Of a DNA stretch of 42,259 nucleotides, positions 18,736 to 27,583 are shown one piece after another; positions within the stretch are counted from its first letter, which is position 1; the number at the start of each line of letters is the position of its first letter. The translations under genes were made by a program, and so were the position numbers. This DNA comes from Thermodesulfovibrionales bacterium (GTDB lineage: Bacteria > Nitrospirota > Thermodesulfovibrionia > Thermodesulfovibrionales > SM23-35): contig JALHSV010000526.1 in the NCBI GenBank assembly GCA_022865525.1, positions 1-42,259 on the forward strand, given 5' to 3'. The notes beneath the pieces are model-generated. The model made no database searches and was not told the DNA's origin. It saw only the letters and a list, made by a program, of their open reading frames with translations.

Positions 18736-19280
18736 GTTATTATCCTTTTATTCGGCGTTAATATTTTCTTTTTCGGCGGCGGCAGCATTACACTCCAGTC
18801 CTGCTTGGTATTGTTCCAAATGAATACCGGATGCTGGTCATCAGGGAAACTTTCAAGGGCCTCTTTCTTTATCGAAATCATCGGGTCCCTTTTAGTTATG
18901 TTCCCCAGGGTTATTAAGAGTACGGCTATAAAGGCGTCCCTGTAATCATCTGTTATTTTCGGAAATGGTTTCTTCGTTCCGTTTCTTGGTTTATATTCTT
19001 TACATACGCTTTTTTTATCACAAGATATCGTTTCCTCACTTCCCTGGGTTGACCCAGCCCAAGGAATACCTTCAGCATCGTCGGGATGTTCCTCGCCAAA
19101 CATTTCCGGATATTGCACCAAATGACAACTACCACATATAAAATGCTTACATTCAGTTTTCTTTTCGAGTTGACCTTGAAGCCTTAGTATTTTTGTGCAA
19201 GCACCGCATAAATGCCCTTCTTGACAATTTTCACCATGACCTAATATTTTACCACATGGTATTTCTGGTTCATAACTCAT
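18732..19280 (-). CDS. Cys-rich (multi-CxxC) hypothetical protein
   Basis: Start moved to the ATG at 19280 (GGAG RBS). Motifs CGK..C..GHLCGAC...CKHFICGSC. Confidence 0.45.
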   Translation of the reverse strand: MSYEPEIPCGKILGHGENCQEGHLCGACTKILRLQGQLEKKTECKHFICGSCHLVQYPEMFGEEHPDDAEGIPWAGSTQGSEETISCDKKSVCKEYKPRNGTKKPFPKITDDYRDAFIAVLLITLGNITKRDPMISIKKEALESFPDDQHPVFIWNNTKQDWSVMLPPPKKKILTPNKRIIT

Positions 19281-19305
19281 ATCTGCTCCATAAGCTGTTA
19301 TTAAT

Positions 19306-19485
19306 CTATTTTGCATCAAATAATATACATCCAAATTCAGGGCTTATATTCATGTAATCGCCACAACCGTCATAGCCGCCGTACTCAACTAACATATTAT
19401 CAGGATTATTTTGAGAACCAGACGCTATCTGTTCATTGGTGCATTCTCGGCCTTCGTAATATTTACAATCCTTGCACTTATTCAT
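19306..19485 (-). CDS. Small Cys-rich protein, 59 aa (MNKCKDCKYYEGRECT...)
   Basis: The internal ATG at 19485 forms an ATGA overlap with the upstream stop. Confidence 0.45.
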   Translation of the reverse strand: MNKCKDCKYYEGRECTNEQIASGSQNNPDNMLVEYGGYDGCGDYMNISPEFGCILFDAK

Positions 19486-19748
19486 TTCGCACAAACTTTC
19501 CTTTCGCAATGGCTTCCGTCCACAGTCTTGACATTCTCCGGGACGTAATGCTCGCAAGTCTTACATAAACCCTTCATTCGAGCTATGTTCTTTGCGTACC
19601 GGGCCAGACCCGTATATGTACCGTTGGGACTCTTGAATAGTTCCTTACCTTCGTATTTCTGCTGATAGGCAGGCTCGAGACCCACGTTGGTCTTGTCCCG
19701 TATCTTAGCCATGCTTATATTGTAGCGTTTATGTATTGCAAATGTCAT
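19482..19748 (-). CDS. Small hypothetical protein, 88 aa, with a C-terminal CxxC..C..C motif
   Basis: ORF with ATGA coupling at both ends. Confidence 0.45.
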   Translation of the reverse strand: MTFAIHKRYNISMAKIRDKTNVGLEPAYQQKYEGKELFKSPNGTYTGLARYAKNIARMKGLCKTCEHYVPENVKTVDGSHCERKVCAK

Positions 19749-19945
19749 TTATAAGCCTCTAATTTCCGCATTATTCTCTCTTTTATTTTAAGATATAATT
19801 CGTGAAATTCACACTCATAAACCGCTTCACATGAAGATTGACCTAACTTTGCACCGACTATGTCTTCTATCACCTTTAATTCCTCCTCTATTTCGGCTTT
19901 GCTGTCCACTCCCCTTTGGGCACTTAGGGTTATCTTGCATTTCAT
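19745..19945 (-). CDS. Small hypothetical protein, 66 aa
   Basis: ORF with ATGA coupling. Confidence 0.4.
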   Translation of the reverse strand: MKCKITLSAQRGVDSKAEIEEELKVIEDIVGAKLGQSSCEAVYECEFHELYLKIKERIMRKLEAYK

Positions 19946-20073
19946 TTTATCTTCTGGCTTTCCATAAATATCGTACTATCAGTCTCTATCTTTTTAGTAT
20001 ATGGCCTTTTTTCTTCTTTGCACAACCATTTCATCCAGAAACTCGACAGAACTATTATTATTTTGTGTTTCAT
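19942..20073 (-). CDS. Tiny hypothetical protein, 43 aa (absent from the ORF track)
   Basis: Hand translation gives MKHKIIIVLSSFWMKWLCKEEKRPY... The ATG follows the portal stop directly (TAAATG), and its stop overlaps the next ATG. Confidence 0.3.
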   Translation of the reverse strand: MKHKIIIVLSSFWMKWLCKEEKRPYTKKIETDSTIFMESQKIK

Positions 20074-22110
20074 TTATCCCGCCTTCCTCTGCTGCTGCAT
20101 AGCGGCCATCTGCTGTTCACCTTCGGCTATAATCTCGTCCTTATCGACTAAAGCCGTATTCTTCAGGAGGAACCTGCGGCCTATCGGTAACTGGCCGTTC
20201 TCCATCAGCATCTTATTTATCCCTTCAAGCTCCATCTGCCTTGCAAACTTGGCGGTATGAGCGGCCGGTGATAAGATTACTTTCGTATTGTACTTGCCCT
20301 TCTTCATCTGCCGTATATCGTCAATCAGCATCTGTTCGGCTATCGGTCTTGCTATCATATCAATCTGGGCCTGTATCTGCTGCATCAGGGCCACATCTTC
20401 CTGATATTGGTTTATTGTTGCCTGTTGAATTTCAGGGGCCAACAGCTCCATATTCTCGACCTCCGGAGGCGGGGCCCGGTCAGGTATCTTTACACCCTGC
20501 TCTGCCAGTAAATTCGTTGCAATCTGACGGGCATTTTCCATATAACCCTTATCAATCAGGTCGTCTGCATCGACTATCTCCCGTATCTCATCTTCGGAGT
20601 ATATGCTGTTATACCTGATTATCTCAATTATCAGGTTCCCGGCTATCGACTGGGTATAGTTCCAGTTTTCGTGTATAATCGCCTGGTCACGGTTTGCAGC
20701 GTTCTGCTTCAGAGCTATTGCACTTGCTACCCTGTCCTTATCGGTCGTCGGGTCTTCGGTCCTGATTCCTGTTATCGCTTTAGCGTGTTCCATGCCCTGC
20801 TCGGTGATTACATTGTAACCGACATGGAAGGGATTGGGCGTTATCTTCTCGATGTAGCCGCCGGCCTTCTCTTTATTCACGACGATACCGTCCTTACCGC
20901 CGAAATCTTCCAGGAACCGTGTATATTCACCACTTACGTCACTTTCGATAATCCAGCCCGAATTAGGCATCTGCTTCAATGCGTTTATCTGGCCGGAGTA
21001 CGAATAGTTTATCATTTCCTGTGTCCCGATTAGCTTCTCGCTTATACCGGAAGCGTAGCCATTGTCGAAATACGGATGATAACGCACTATCGGGTACATC
21101 TGGCAGCCCTTTAACTCATCGACTCTATCCTCGAGGAATATATCGCCGCAACTTATCGTGTGGTGCATTACATAACTTACAACATCAATAGCCTCGAATA
21201 AGTCAGGGAACTTCTTAGCGGCTTCTTTCGCCAGCTTTATATCCTTTTCCTCGATAATCAGTACAGCCTCGAGCTCCGACTTCTTAGCATCATAGAACAT
21301 TACGCAATTACGCGGCCAACGCCACCAGGTATGAGTCATCTGGTAGCGGTAATTGCTTATCATTTCGGAATCTTCTCTTGCCCTGCCGCCGAAGATACTC
21401 GCTACCCGCTTACCGGCACTTGCCATGAAATTAACTATCGAACCTAAAGCGCCCATTACAAGGCCGCCCCTTTGACCACCGCCGCCCTGTGCGGCAAGCT
21501 CCTCTTTCTTATCTTTGTACTCGGCGTTTACAAGGTCTTTATCAACCCATGGCTCCCAGATACAGAACTTAGCACCGGCTTTAATATGATTAGGGTCGTA
21601 AGTTATGCAGGTCGGATCCCACAATACCGAATGCTCACTTAACTTCTCGATGTGCAGGTCTGCGTGCTTGGGGTCCTTACTCCAGTCCAAAGAGAACAGC
21701 ATATCGCCCTCGCAAGAACTAACGCCACTCTTGAACTGCTGAGATTCCTGGAACTTGTAATGCTCCGAATCTGTGGCGTGTTTTGCTAATGAAGTCAATA
21801 ACTGTGCTATCGTGGCCGAACCGTCCCTCAATGGCAGGACCTTGAAGTCCTGTGGATTCTGAATGTGATTGCCTGTAACTGAATTAACCTGCGGACCGAT
21901 GATGGGAACCGTTAAAGAAAACTTACCCTTGAGCCTGTTGGCCTCCTCAACTACTGGGTCCCACTGATTGACACCAATGGCAAAGTCTTCGTTCCTTCGC
22001 ATACGCTCGTATTTATCAGACGAACCCATAATGCCATCGTCACGGAACTTGCGGCACTTAGCCATTATCTCATCGCCTGTCTTTGGTTCGATGTAGTCTT
22101 CTTCAGACAT
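20074..22110 (-). CDS. Portal protein
   Basis: 678-aa ORF downstream of TerL. Size, position and acidic C-terminal region are typical of portals. Confidence 0.7.
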   Translation of the reverse strand: MSEEDYIEPKTGDEIMAKCRKFRDDGIMGSSDKYERMRRNEDFAIGVNQWDPVVEEANRLKGKFSLTVPIIGPQVNSVTGNHIQNPQDFKVLPLRDGSATIAQLLTSLAKHATDSEHYKFQESQQFKSGVSSCEGDMLFSLDWSKDPKHADLHIEKLSEHSVLWDPTCITYDPNHIKAGAKFCIWEPWVDKDLVNAEYKDKKEELAAQGGGGQRGGLVMGALGSIVNFMASAGKRVASIFGGRAREDSEMISNYRYQMTHTWWRWPRNCVMFYDAKKSELEAVLIIEEKDIKLAKEAAKKFPDLFEAIDVVSYVMHHTISCGDIFLEDRVDELKGCQMYPIVRYHPYFDNGYASGISEKLIGTQEMINYSYSGQINALKQMPNSGWIIESDVSGEYTRFLEDFGGKDGIVVNKEKAGGYIEKITPNPFHVGYNVITEQGMEHAKAITGIRTEDPTTDKDRVASAIALKQNAANRDQAIIHENWNYTQSIAGNLIIEIIRYNSIYSEDEIREIVDADDLIDKGYMENARQIATNLLAEQGVKIPDRAPPPEVENMELLAPEIQQATINQYQEDVALMQQIQAQIDMIARPIAEQMLIDDIRQMKKGKYNTKVILSPAAHTAKFARQMELEGINKMLMENGQLPIGRRFLLKNTALVDKDEIIAEGEQQMAAMQQQRKAG

Positions 22111-22292
22111 TAGTCACGTCCTTCATCGGCTTTAAGGGCTTGCCAGGCGACAGCATTGTAACTGATCCGCGTCTGAGTGCAAGCCACAACGACATTACTT
22201 ACCTCAAAAATGCATATCATACTTTATATCATGACGATAAGCTATTAAACTCCATATTCTATTGAATAGCCAGATATTATTTATTAACCAGT

Positions 22293-22481
22293 TCATCCTA
22301 TACCTATTGTAACATAACCTTTACTATCAAATACAACCTTGCCGGGCGATAACGAGTACATATTACTTTGTTTCCCATGAGTCACAACAGAAAGTTTTTT
22401 TAGTGCTTCCGGCTTATCCTTCGAAGCACTCGGCGCCACTACGGCCGCTATTGCTAATTTTAGTAAGTCTCTTCGTTTCAT
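22293..22481 (-). CDS. Small protein with a Tat-like signal (KRRDLLK), 62 aa
   Basis: N-terminus MKRRDLLKLAIAAVVAPSAS. Confidence 0.45.
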   Translation of the reverse strand: MKRRDLLKLAIAAVVAPSASKDKPEALKKLSVVTHGKQSNMYSLSPGKVVFDSKGYVTIGIG

Positions 22482-22729
22482 TTCTCAAGAATATCCTCCA
22501 TTTGCTGATTGAATAAATCTCCGTCCGTCATCGGAAATCCCCTACTCCAGTCCTCAAGCATTACACTATTATTAGCAAAAATGATTTGGATACTGCCGCA
22601 TAAACCACTTTTCCAGAGTATTCTTGCAAGTGTCTGCATCGAAAGAATGCCCCTGTGACATCCGAAAACGCTTTGCCAGCAATGCCTGTCGTTTTTGAGG
22701 TTCCATTTCAATATAATCAAATCATCCAT
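22478..22729 (-). CDS. Hypothetical protein, 83 aa
   Basis: ORF with ATGA coupling. Confidence 0.4.
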   Translation of the reverse strand: MDDLIILKWNLKNDRHCWQSVFGCHRGILSMQTLARILWKSGLCGSIQIIFANNSVMLEDWSRGFPMTDGDLFNQQMEDILEK

Positions 22730-22741
22730 TAGAACGCCGAC

Positions 22742-23017
22742 TTAATCCAAATCCATTTCTATAACAAAATCATCACAACAACAGTGTTTATAAAGCCATT
22801 CATTAAAAGTATCTAACATTAACACCTTCATTTTATCCTGATTATTAAGACCTACTTCAAGCTGTGCCTTTAATTCTTCCGCAGAATCAGCATTTATTAT
22901 TGAAATCCCGCCATCTGGAATACAATAGAATTTCCAGCCTGAATCAAGCGTAAATCTCTTAGATAACAATTCCTTATCATTACACGCAACACATTTTATA
23001 TACATTCTTTCAGACAT
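22742..23017 (-). CDS. Hypothetical protein, 91 aa
   Basis: ORF directly downstream of TerL. Confidence 0.4.
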   Translation of the reverse strand: MSERMYIKCVACNDKELLSKRFTLDSGWKFYCIPDGGISIINADSAEELKAQLEVGLNNQDKMKVLMLDTFNEWLYKHCCCDDFVIEMDLD

Positions 23018-23018
23018 T

Positions 23019-24503
23019 TTAGAACGCCATAGGGCTTGCGGCCCTTTGCCTCTTTGTATTTCGCCTTGAATATACTGTTTCAGTTGGTCTTGTGTTAATC
23101 CTACGCCATGCCCATAATGCCATTACATAAGCATCGCCCCGGTCAGGTGATTTGCCTGTCCGCTTCTTAATGTCAGCCTTAGACTCTATTAAAGTCTTGC
23201 CGCCTCTAAACTTGTACTCCGGTACACACAACTGATTTCTCGTCTTATCATCCATGTTATTAACACAAACAGGACAATGGGTTACATCGTCAAACGTGCC
23301 TCTCTGTAATATCTTCGCAGCCATAGACCAAGCCTCCGCCCTTACGTTATAGTACGTCTCAGGCTTCATCGACTTACCCTGTGGGGTATAGTTTATTACA
23401 TGCCTCTTTTCCTCCAGTAGATAATCATAGACAGCCGAACCAATATCAGAGCCTATAGTCTCAATGACTATGGTACAATCATCGTTCTGGCTCGATAACC
23501 TCGCTAATGTCCGAGTAATCTCTGGTGCTGTGCAATATGGCATTATGACCTGCTCTGTAATCTCAGCATTGTTCATTAGGAATATAGCAGTCTCATCGTC
23601 ACCAAACCTCGCTGTATCACATACTATAAAGACCTTTTCGACCGGCTGCTTGGCTATCCGGGCGATTGCTGCCCTAATCCATGAATCCTTTATTATCTGT
23701 TCATCGCCCTCGAAACTGTCCCAATCACCGTGTAAATAAGCCTGCAATAGCTCAGGTCTATGCTCAAATGCCTCTATTAAGGTCTGAACGTAGCTACTCG
23801 GTAGGTATGGATTGTCCGATGGTAACGCCGGTATGAACGTGGCATTGTCCTTCGGCTTGATAATAAAATCCTCTTTTAGCCAACATTGACGAGGATTAGC
23901 TGTGTAAAGCTCTTTATATGGCCAATGGTCGTATGGCTCGCCCGTTAATGGGTCAATGATGATATGGCCTTTATTATCTTTCGGGACAACAGGCTTGCCA
24001 TCTGAGTATTTCAAGATCATTCGAAGCGATCCACGCAGGACACTTACATCGTCCTTACTGACTTCCTCGGCTTGGTCTATGGCTATTAGGATGTATTCGG
24101 CACTATTAAACTTGTTGATGTTCTCCTGCTTATCCAGTCCACCGTAGTCAAGGCCTATTCGGTCGGCTATCAGGATATGCTTAGGGTCTCGCTCAGTGCC
24201 ACCTCTTAGCTCATAATACTCCTCTGGGATAACTTCACGCCAGGTCTGCAACGTCGTCCCTGTAAGGTCTGTGGCCTGCTTACGGCCAAACCATCCTACA
24301 TGGGGTGGGTTCTTGCTCGGCTTCAGTTGAGCCTGGACCATAATAGTCCACACCATAGTAAATAGCCATGTACAAAGAAAGAAGCTCTTACCGCCGCCTT
24401 TGGCTCCACCATAAAGCAATCGCCTGATTATTGGTAGGGCCAACGCTTCCCATGCCTTACGCTGTTGGTCTGTTCTCTTAACTTGTAGTTGGATGTCTTT
24501 CAT
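23019..24503 (-). CDS. terL: Terminase large subunit
   Basis: Walker A LYGGAKGGGKS near the N-terminus. 494 aa. Coupled (ATGA) to the small-subunit gene upstream. Confidence 0.85.
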   Translation of the reverse strand: MKDIQLQVKRTDQQRKAWEALALPIIRRLLYGGAKGGGKSFFLCTWLFTMVWTIMVQAQLKPSKNPPHVGWFGRKQATDLTGTTLQTWREVIPEEYYELRGGTERDPKHILIADRIGLDYGGLDKQENINKFNSAEYILIAIDQAEEVSKDDVSVLRGSLRMILKYSDGKPVVPKDNKGHIIIDPLTGEPYDHWPYKELYTANPRQCWLKEDFIIKPKDNATFIPALPSDNPYLPSSYVQTLIEAFEHRPELLQAYLHGDWDSFEGDEQIIKDSWIRAAIARIAKQPVEKVFIVCDTARFGDDETAIFLMNNAEITEQVIMPYCTAPEITRTLARLSSQNDDCTIVIETIGSDIGSAVYDYLLEEKRHVINYTPQGKSMKPETYYNVRAEAWSMAAKILQRGTFDDVTHCPVCVNNMDDKTRNQLCVPEYKFRGGKTLIESKADIKKRTGKSPDRGDAYVMALWAWRRINTRPTETVYSRRNTKRQRAASPMAF

Positions 24504-24952
24504 GTTATTATGGGTGGTTTAAGGCTTATCTCCCCGGAATGCTCGTATAGTTGCTTATCCTTCCATCCGGCTCGGTTCTTTAGCCAGATGAACGCTGCTG
24601 CCGTGTCGGGAGGATAATGCTTAGTTATGTCTATTACTGTGATTTTGCCTTGAAAATTGCTTATATGTACGTCAGGATGTGAATATCCACAAGCTCTACG
24701 GAATAGTGCTTTCGCTACTTCAGCGTCCGCTTGGACTTTGCCCTTTTTTAAGGACTCCAGAAATAGTGGGTGTTTTTTCTTCCAGGTGTTGAGCGTGGCC
24801 TCTGAGACCTCGAAGACCTCAGCCATCATAGCGTCGGTCACGCCGAGCAGGCACAGTTTATACGCCATCTCAGGAAATGTCGCCCGGTAGATTGACTTCC
24901 GCCCCGCTCGACTCAGGACTCTAACCTTCTTCTTTTTCTTCTTCTTAGCCAT
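24500..24952 (-). CDS. terS: Terminase small subunit (HTH type)
   Basis: TDAMMAEVFEVSEATLNTWKKKHPLFLESLKKGK..ACGYSHPDVHI...TKHYPPDTAAAFIWLKNR matches the widespread TerS motif set. Confidence 0.8.
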   Translation of the reverse strand: MAKKKKKKKVRVLSRAGRKSIYRATFPEMAYKLCLLGVTDAMMAEVFEVSEATLNTWKKKHPLFLESLKKGKVQADAEVAKALFRRACGYSHPDVHISNFQGKITVIDITKHYPPDTAAAFIWLKNRAGWKDKQLYEHSGEISLKPPIIT

Positions 24953-24955
24953 AGC

Positions 24956-25408
24956 CTATCTCGTAAATATCGGCTTCCTGTTCCACTTCCGGACATCAAC
25001 CAGGACCGTTCTAACATCTCTCATTGCAGCGTAGTTTACACCGTTCGGGTCATCTGTGAAAGTAAATTCCAGATAAATAATACGCTCAACGGTTCCCGGC
25101 CTGATCGAGCAAGCGTACTCGTGGATCCGAGAAATGCCATTCGGGTCATCGGGATCGATTGTCGTTACTGCCTGTGGAATCACTACCATCGGGTCATTAC
25201 AGGTCAGCGTCCCATACTCACCATCGAGCTCAGTCACCTGCCTGTGCAGCGTTACGACCGCATTGCTTGGCCGGACCTCGTAGAATGTCAGGATATCACT
25301 TGTCACCAGGTTCGGATCATACGCAAAAGGGACACCGGCAGGTGTTAGAGCTGGTGGCCGCAGTGGTGGGAATAATGCAAGTATCAGTGTTAAGATTATT
25401 TTATTCAT
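24956..25408 (-). CDS. Secreted hypothetical protein
   Basis: Start moved to the ATG at 25408 (AAGGAG RBS). N-terminus MNKIILTLILALFPPL. Confidence 0.5.
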   Translation of the reverse strand: MNKIILTLILALFPPLRPPALTPAGVPFAYDPNLVTSDILTFYEVRPSNAVVTLHRQVTELDGEYGTLTCNDPMVVIPQAVTTIDPDDPNGISRIHEYACSIRPGTVERIIYLEFTFTDDPNGVNYAAMRDVRTVLVDVRKWNRKPIFTR

Positions 25409-25420
25409 AACTTTACTCCT

Positions 25421-25460
25421 TAAAATTGAGCCGGGCAGGATGCGGCACACCGCCCGGCTC
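25421..25460 (-). terminator. Rho-independent terminator just upstream of the packaging/late genes
   Basis: Minus strand: GAGCCGGGC-N15-GCCCGGCUC followed by AAUUUU. Confidence 0.6.
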
Positions 25461-25578
25461 CCACATTTTTACTGAAAACAATATTCTCTCTCGCCGATTT
25501 ATTAGTTCACATGGCAGTACCCTCCTCTCTGTGTATTGTATATTGTTGACAATGTAACAGTAACGTTTCATAGCCCAT

Positions 25579-25607
25579 ATTGTGTAACTCCGTTTAAGGC
25601 TTGTCAA
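25579..25607 (-). promoter_or_regulatory. Candidate sigma70-type promoter (TTGACA-N17-CACAAT)
   Basis: TTGACA at 25607->25602 overlaps the stop of the upstream gene. CACAAT is at 25584->25579. Confidence 0.35.
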
Positions 25608-25927
25608 CCATTTTCTTTTTCCGCCCAACTCAGGGCAGTTAGAAACAGCCGCCACACCAGCCATCGCTGGGATGCCACCAGGGCCGCATTCCCCACATTC
25701 AACGCCTTCAAAACATCGAGCTGCCGATTCTGTTCGAGATCACGATCTGCCGGAGTCATAGCCCCATACATCTTCTTCATCGCTGCATCATAATCGCCGG
25801 CCATGAACTCATTGAGCCACTCAATGGCCTCGTTTTCTCCCCATCCCAACAGCACCGGCAAAAAAACTCGGGCAATCGCTTCGAGGTCCGACGGCAACTT
25901 CAAGAGAATCTTTTCAATCGCTGTCAC
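25604..25927 (-). CDS. Hypothetical protein, 107 aa (GTG start)
   Basis: GGAAGGAG RBS 7 nt before the GTG at 25927. Confidence 0.4.
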   Translation of the reverse strand: MTAIEKILLKLPSDLEAIARVFLPVLLGWGENEAIEWLNEFMAGDYDAAMKKMYGAMTPADRDLEQNRQLDVLKALNVGNAALVASQRWLVWRLFLTALSWAEKENG

Positions 25928-26159
25928 TGTCTGACTCCTTCCCGTCAATCGCATTGACAATCTCTCTCAGCATCTTCGTGGTGTAGTATGAATTTTGCCG
26001 CCACTCGTCAGGGTTCGTCGCACCAGCAGCATCACGAACCTCGGCCATTGCGGCAGCTTGACGAATGACTGCATCGTAATGCCGATTGACCATTACCTGC
26101 GAGCAGCCTGCAACGAGCAGGACGCACACAAGCGTTAAACAAACAATTACTTTTCTCAT
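25914..26159 (-). CDS. Lipoprotein, 81 aa
   Basis: Signal peptide plus lipobox: MRKVIVCLTLVCVLLVAGC. Confidence 0.6.
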   Translation of the reverse strand: MRKVIVCLTLVCVLLVAGCSQVMVNRHYDAVIRQAAAMAEVRDAAGATNPDEWRQNSYYTTKMLREIVNAIDGKESDSDSD

Positions 26160-26194
26160 AATTTTCTCCTTGCTTTCAAAATATTAACTCTTAA

Positions 26195-27406
26195 CTATTT
26201 ATTAATGACTCCTTTCAGGGCTTGCGTTTCTTTTTTTAGAAGTCTCGTATCTTGCGAACCACAGAAACGGCAAAGTACGCCCGGAGTTACCAATTCTCGG
26301 TGTATTTGTGATTTTCCGCAATTCCGGCATTTGCGCCAACAACAATCAGGGCTTGCTAAAATAAGTTCTTTATTCTCGGCCTTCAGGTCGGCTATTTGCT
26401 GATTTATATTTACGTTTGCAAGTTCAAGTTCATCTTCTTTCGAGTGTAAGGCCGCACACACTTTTTCGTATGCTTGTGCAGTCGGGTATGGTTGCCTGTC
26501 GTGTGCGATTGCTAAATCTCGTTCTGCCTCTGCCGCTTCGAGCTTGGCTTGGGTTGCAAGATATATTTTGTTTACACTTTCGGCTTGAATGCAGACTTCT
26601 TCTATTCTCGCTTCTGCGGCTTCGAGCTTGGCCTCTGCCGCCTCTGCTCTGGCGATGAGCGCATCGATTGTTTCGTAAGCTATTCTGACTTGACCCTCTA
26701 AATGCTTGTTCTCTGCGTTTGCGGTGTCGAGGCGGTCGCAGACGGTATATATCATTGGGGTTATGTAGCCGATGGTCACAGATAATTTTTGTGGCTCTTT
26801 TTGCATAATTTGGTATGGCATTTCCATCACCATCTTTATTCTGCTGATTAACTCTGCATCGCCAGGCTCGACCTTTTTGTTATCTGTAACAATATGGTCA
26901 GGTATGCTGCTCACAGGATAAAACCTAATGTTTTTATCCCACTCAACTTTCCGCTCATCAGCAAGACGAGTAAAGCATTGCAGACAGATAATGTCATTTA
27001 TTTGAGACTTATGAACAGATAGCCGCCATATATAATTTGGCACCCAGAATCCAACCCTATTTACTTCATGGCACAAGGAACATATCTCTCTGTGAGCATG
27101 TCGAGTGGGCTCGACCTTTTTCTTAACGTCGGGAATATGGTTTGTGCAGTCGGGGCAGTTGTTGCAATCAGTCCCATTTTTAGCATAACGCTTACATTTG
27201 ATGCACTGCCATCCGTCTAATTTTAACACCAGTGTTGCGGCACAACAACTCGATACGAGTCTGCTTCCCCCGCAGGTCGGGCAAGGCTCTTCGAGCAGGA
27301 TTATCACCTTACTTATAGCCCAGAAAGTTGCCGCCCAATCATTTTCTTGATGAGCCTTTAACGCATTATTTAATCCTGCTTTTATTTGTTTTTCTTTTTC
27401 GGTCAT
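26195..27406 (-). CDS. Multi-zinc-ribbon plus coiled-coil protein, 403 aa (function unknown)
   Basis: CPTCGG..CIKC..CNNCPDC; CSLC...CLQC; a central KLEAAEA repeat coiled coil; C-terminal CRNCG...CRFCG. Confidence 0.5.
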   Translation of the reverse strand: MTEKEKQIKAGLNNALKAHQENDWAATFWAISKVIILLEEPCPTCGGSRLVSSCCAATLVLKLDGWQCIKCKRYAKNGTDCNNCPDCTNHIPDVKKKVEPTRHAHREICSLCHEVNRVGFWVPNYIWRLSVHKSQINDIICLQCFTRLADERKVEWDKNIRFYPVSSIPDHIVTDNKKVEPGDAELISRIKMVMEMPYQIMQKEPQKLSVTIGYITPMIYTVCDRLDTANAENKHLEGQVRIAYETIDALIARAEAAEAKLEAAEARIEEVCIQAESVNKIYLATQAKLEAAEAERDLAIAHDRQPYPTAQAYEKVCAALHSKEDELELANVNINQQIADLKAENKELILASPDCCWRKCRNCGKSQIHRELVTPGVLCRFCGSQDTRLLKKETQALKGVINK

Positions 27407-27570
27407 TTTGTCTCCTTTGGGTATTGCTTCAAAATATTATTTATTCTTTCATGCCAGCCCAGAGCCGTTGCGCCCTCCTCTGAGTCCCACTTCTCATAGG
27501 CTTCCATCATCTGAGTTTGTAATTCTTCAAACTCTGTTTTTGCTTGTTCCGTCCATTCTATCTTTGTCAT
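27403..27570 (-). CDS. Small hypothetical protein, 55 aa (absent from the ORF track)
   Basis: Hand translation gives MTKIEWTEQAKTEFEELQTQMMEAYEKW... AAGGA RBS; its stop overlaps the next ATG. Confidence 0.45.
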   Translation of the reverse strand: MTKIEWTEQAKTEFEELQTQMMEAYEKWDSEEGATALGWHERINNILKQYPKETK

Positions 27571-27583
27571 AATCCTAATCCTT

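Noticed and set aside
25413-25664. 83-aa minus-strand ORF spanning the promoter/terminator unit
   Set aside because: It runs through a terminator hairpin, overlaps the upstream gene end, has no RBS and has an odd composition. I treat the region as non-coding regulatory sequence or a small RNA.
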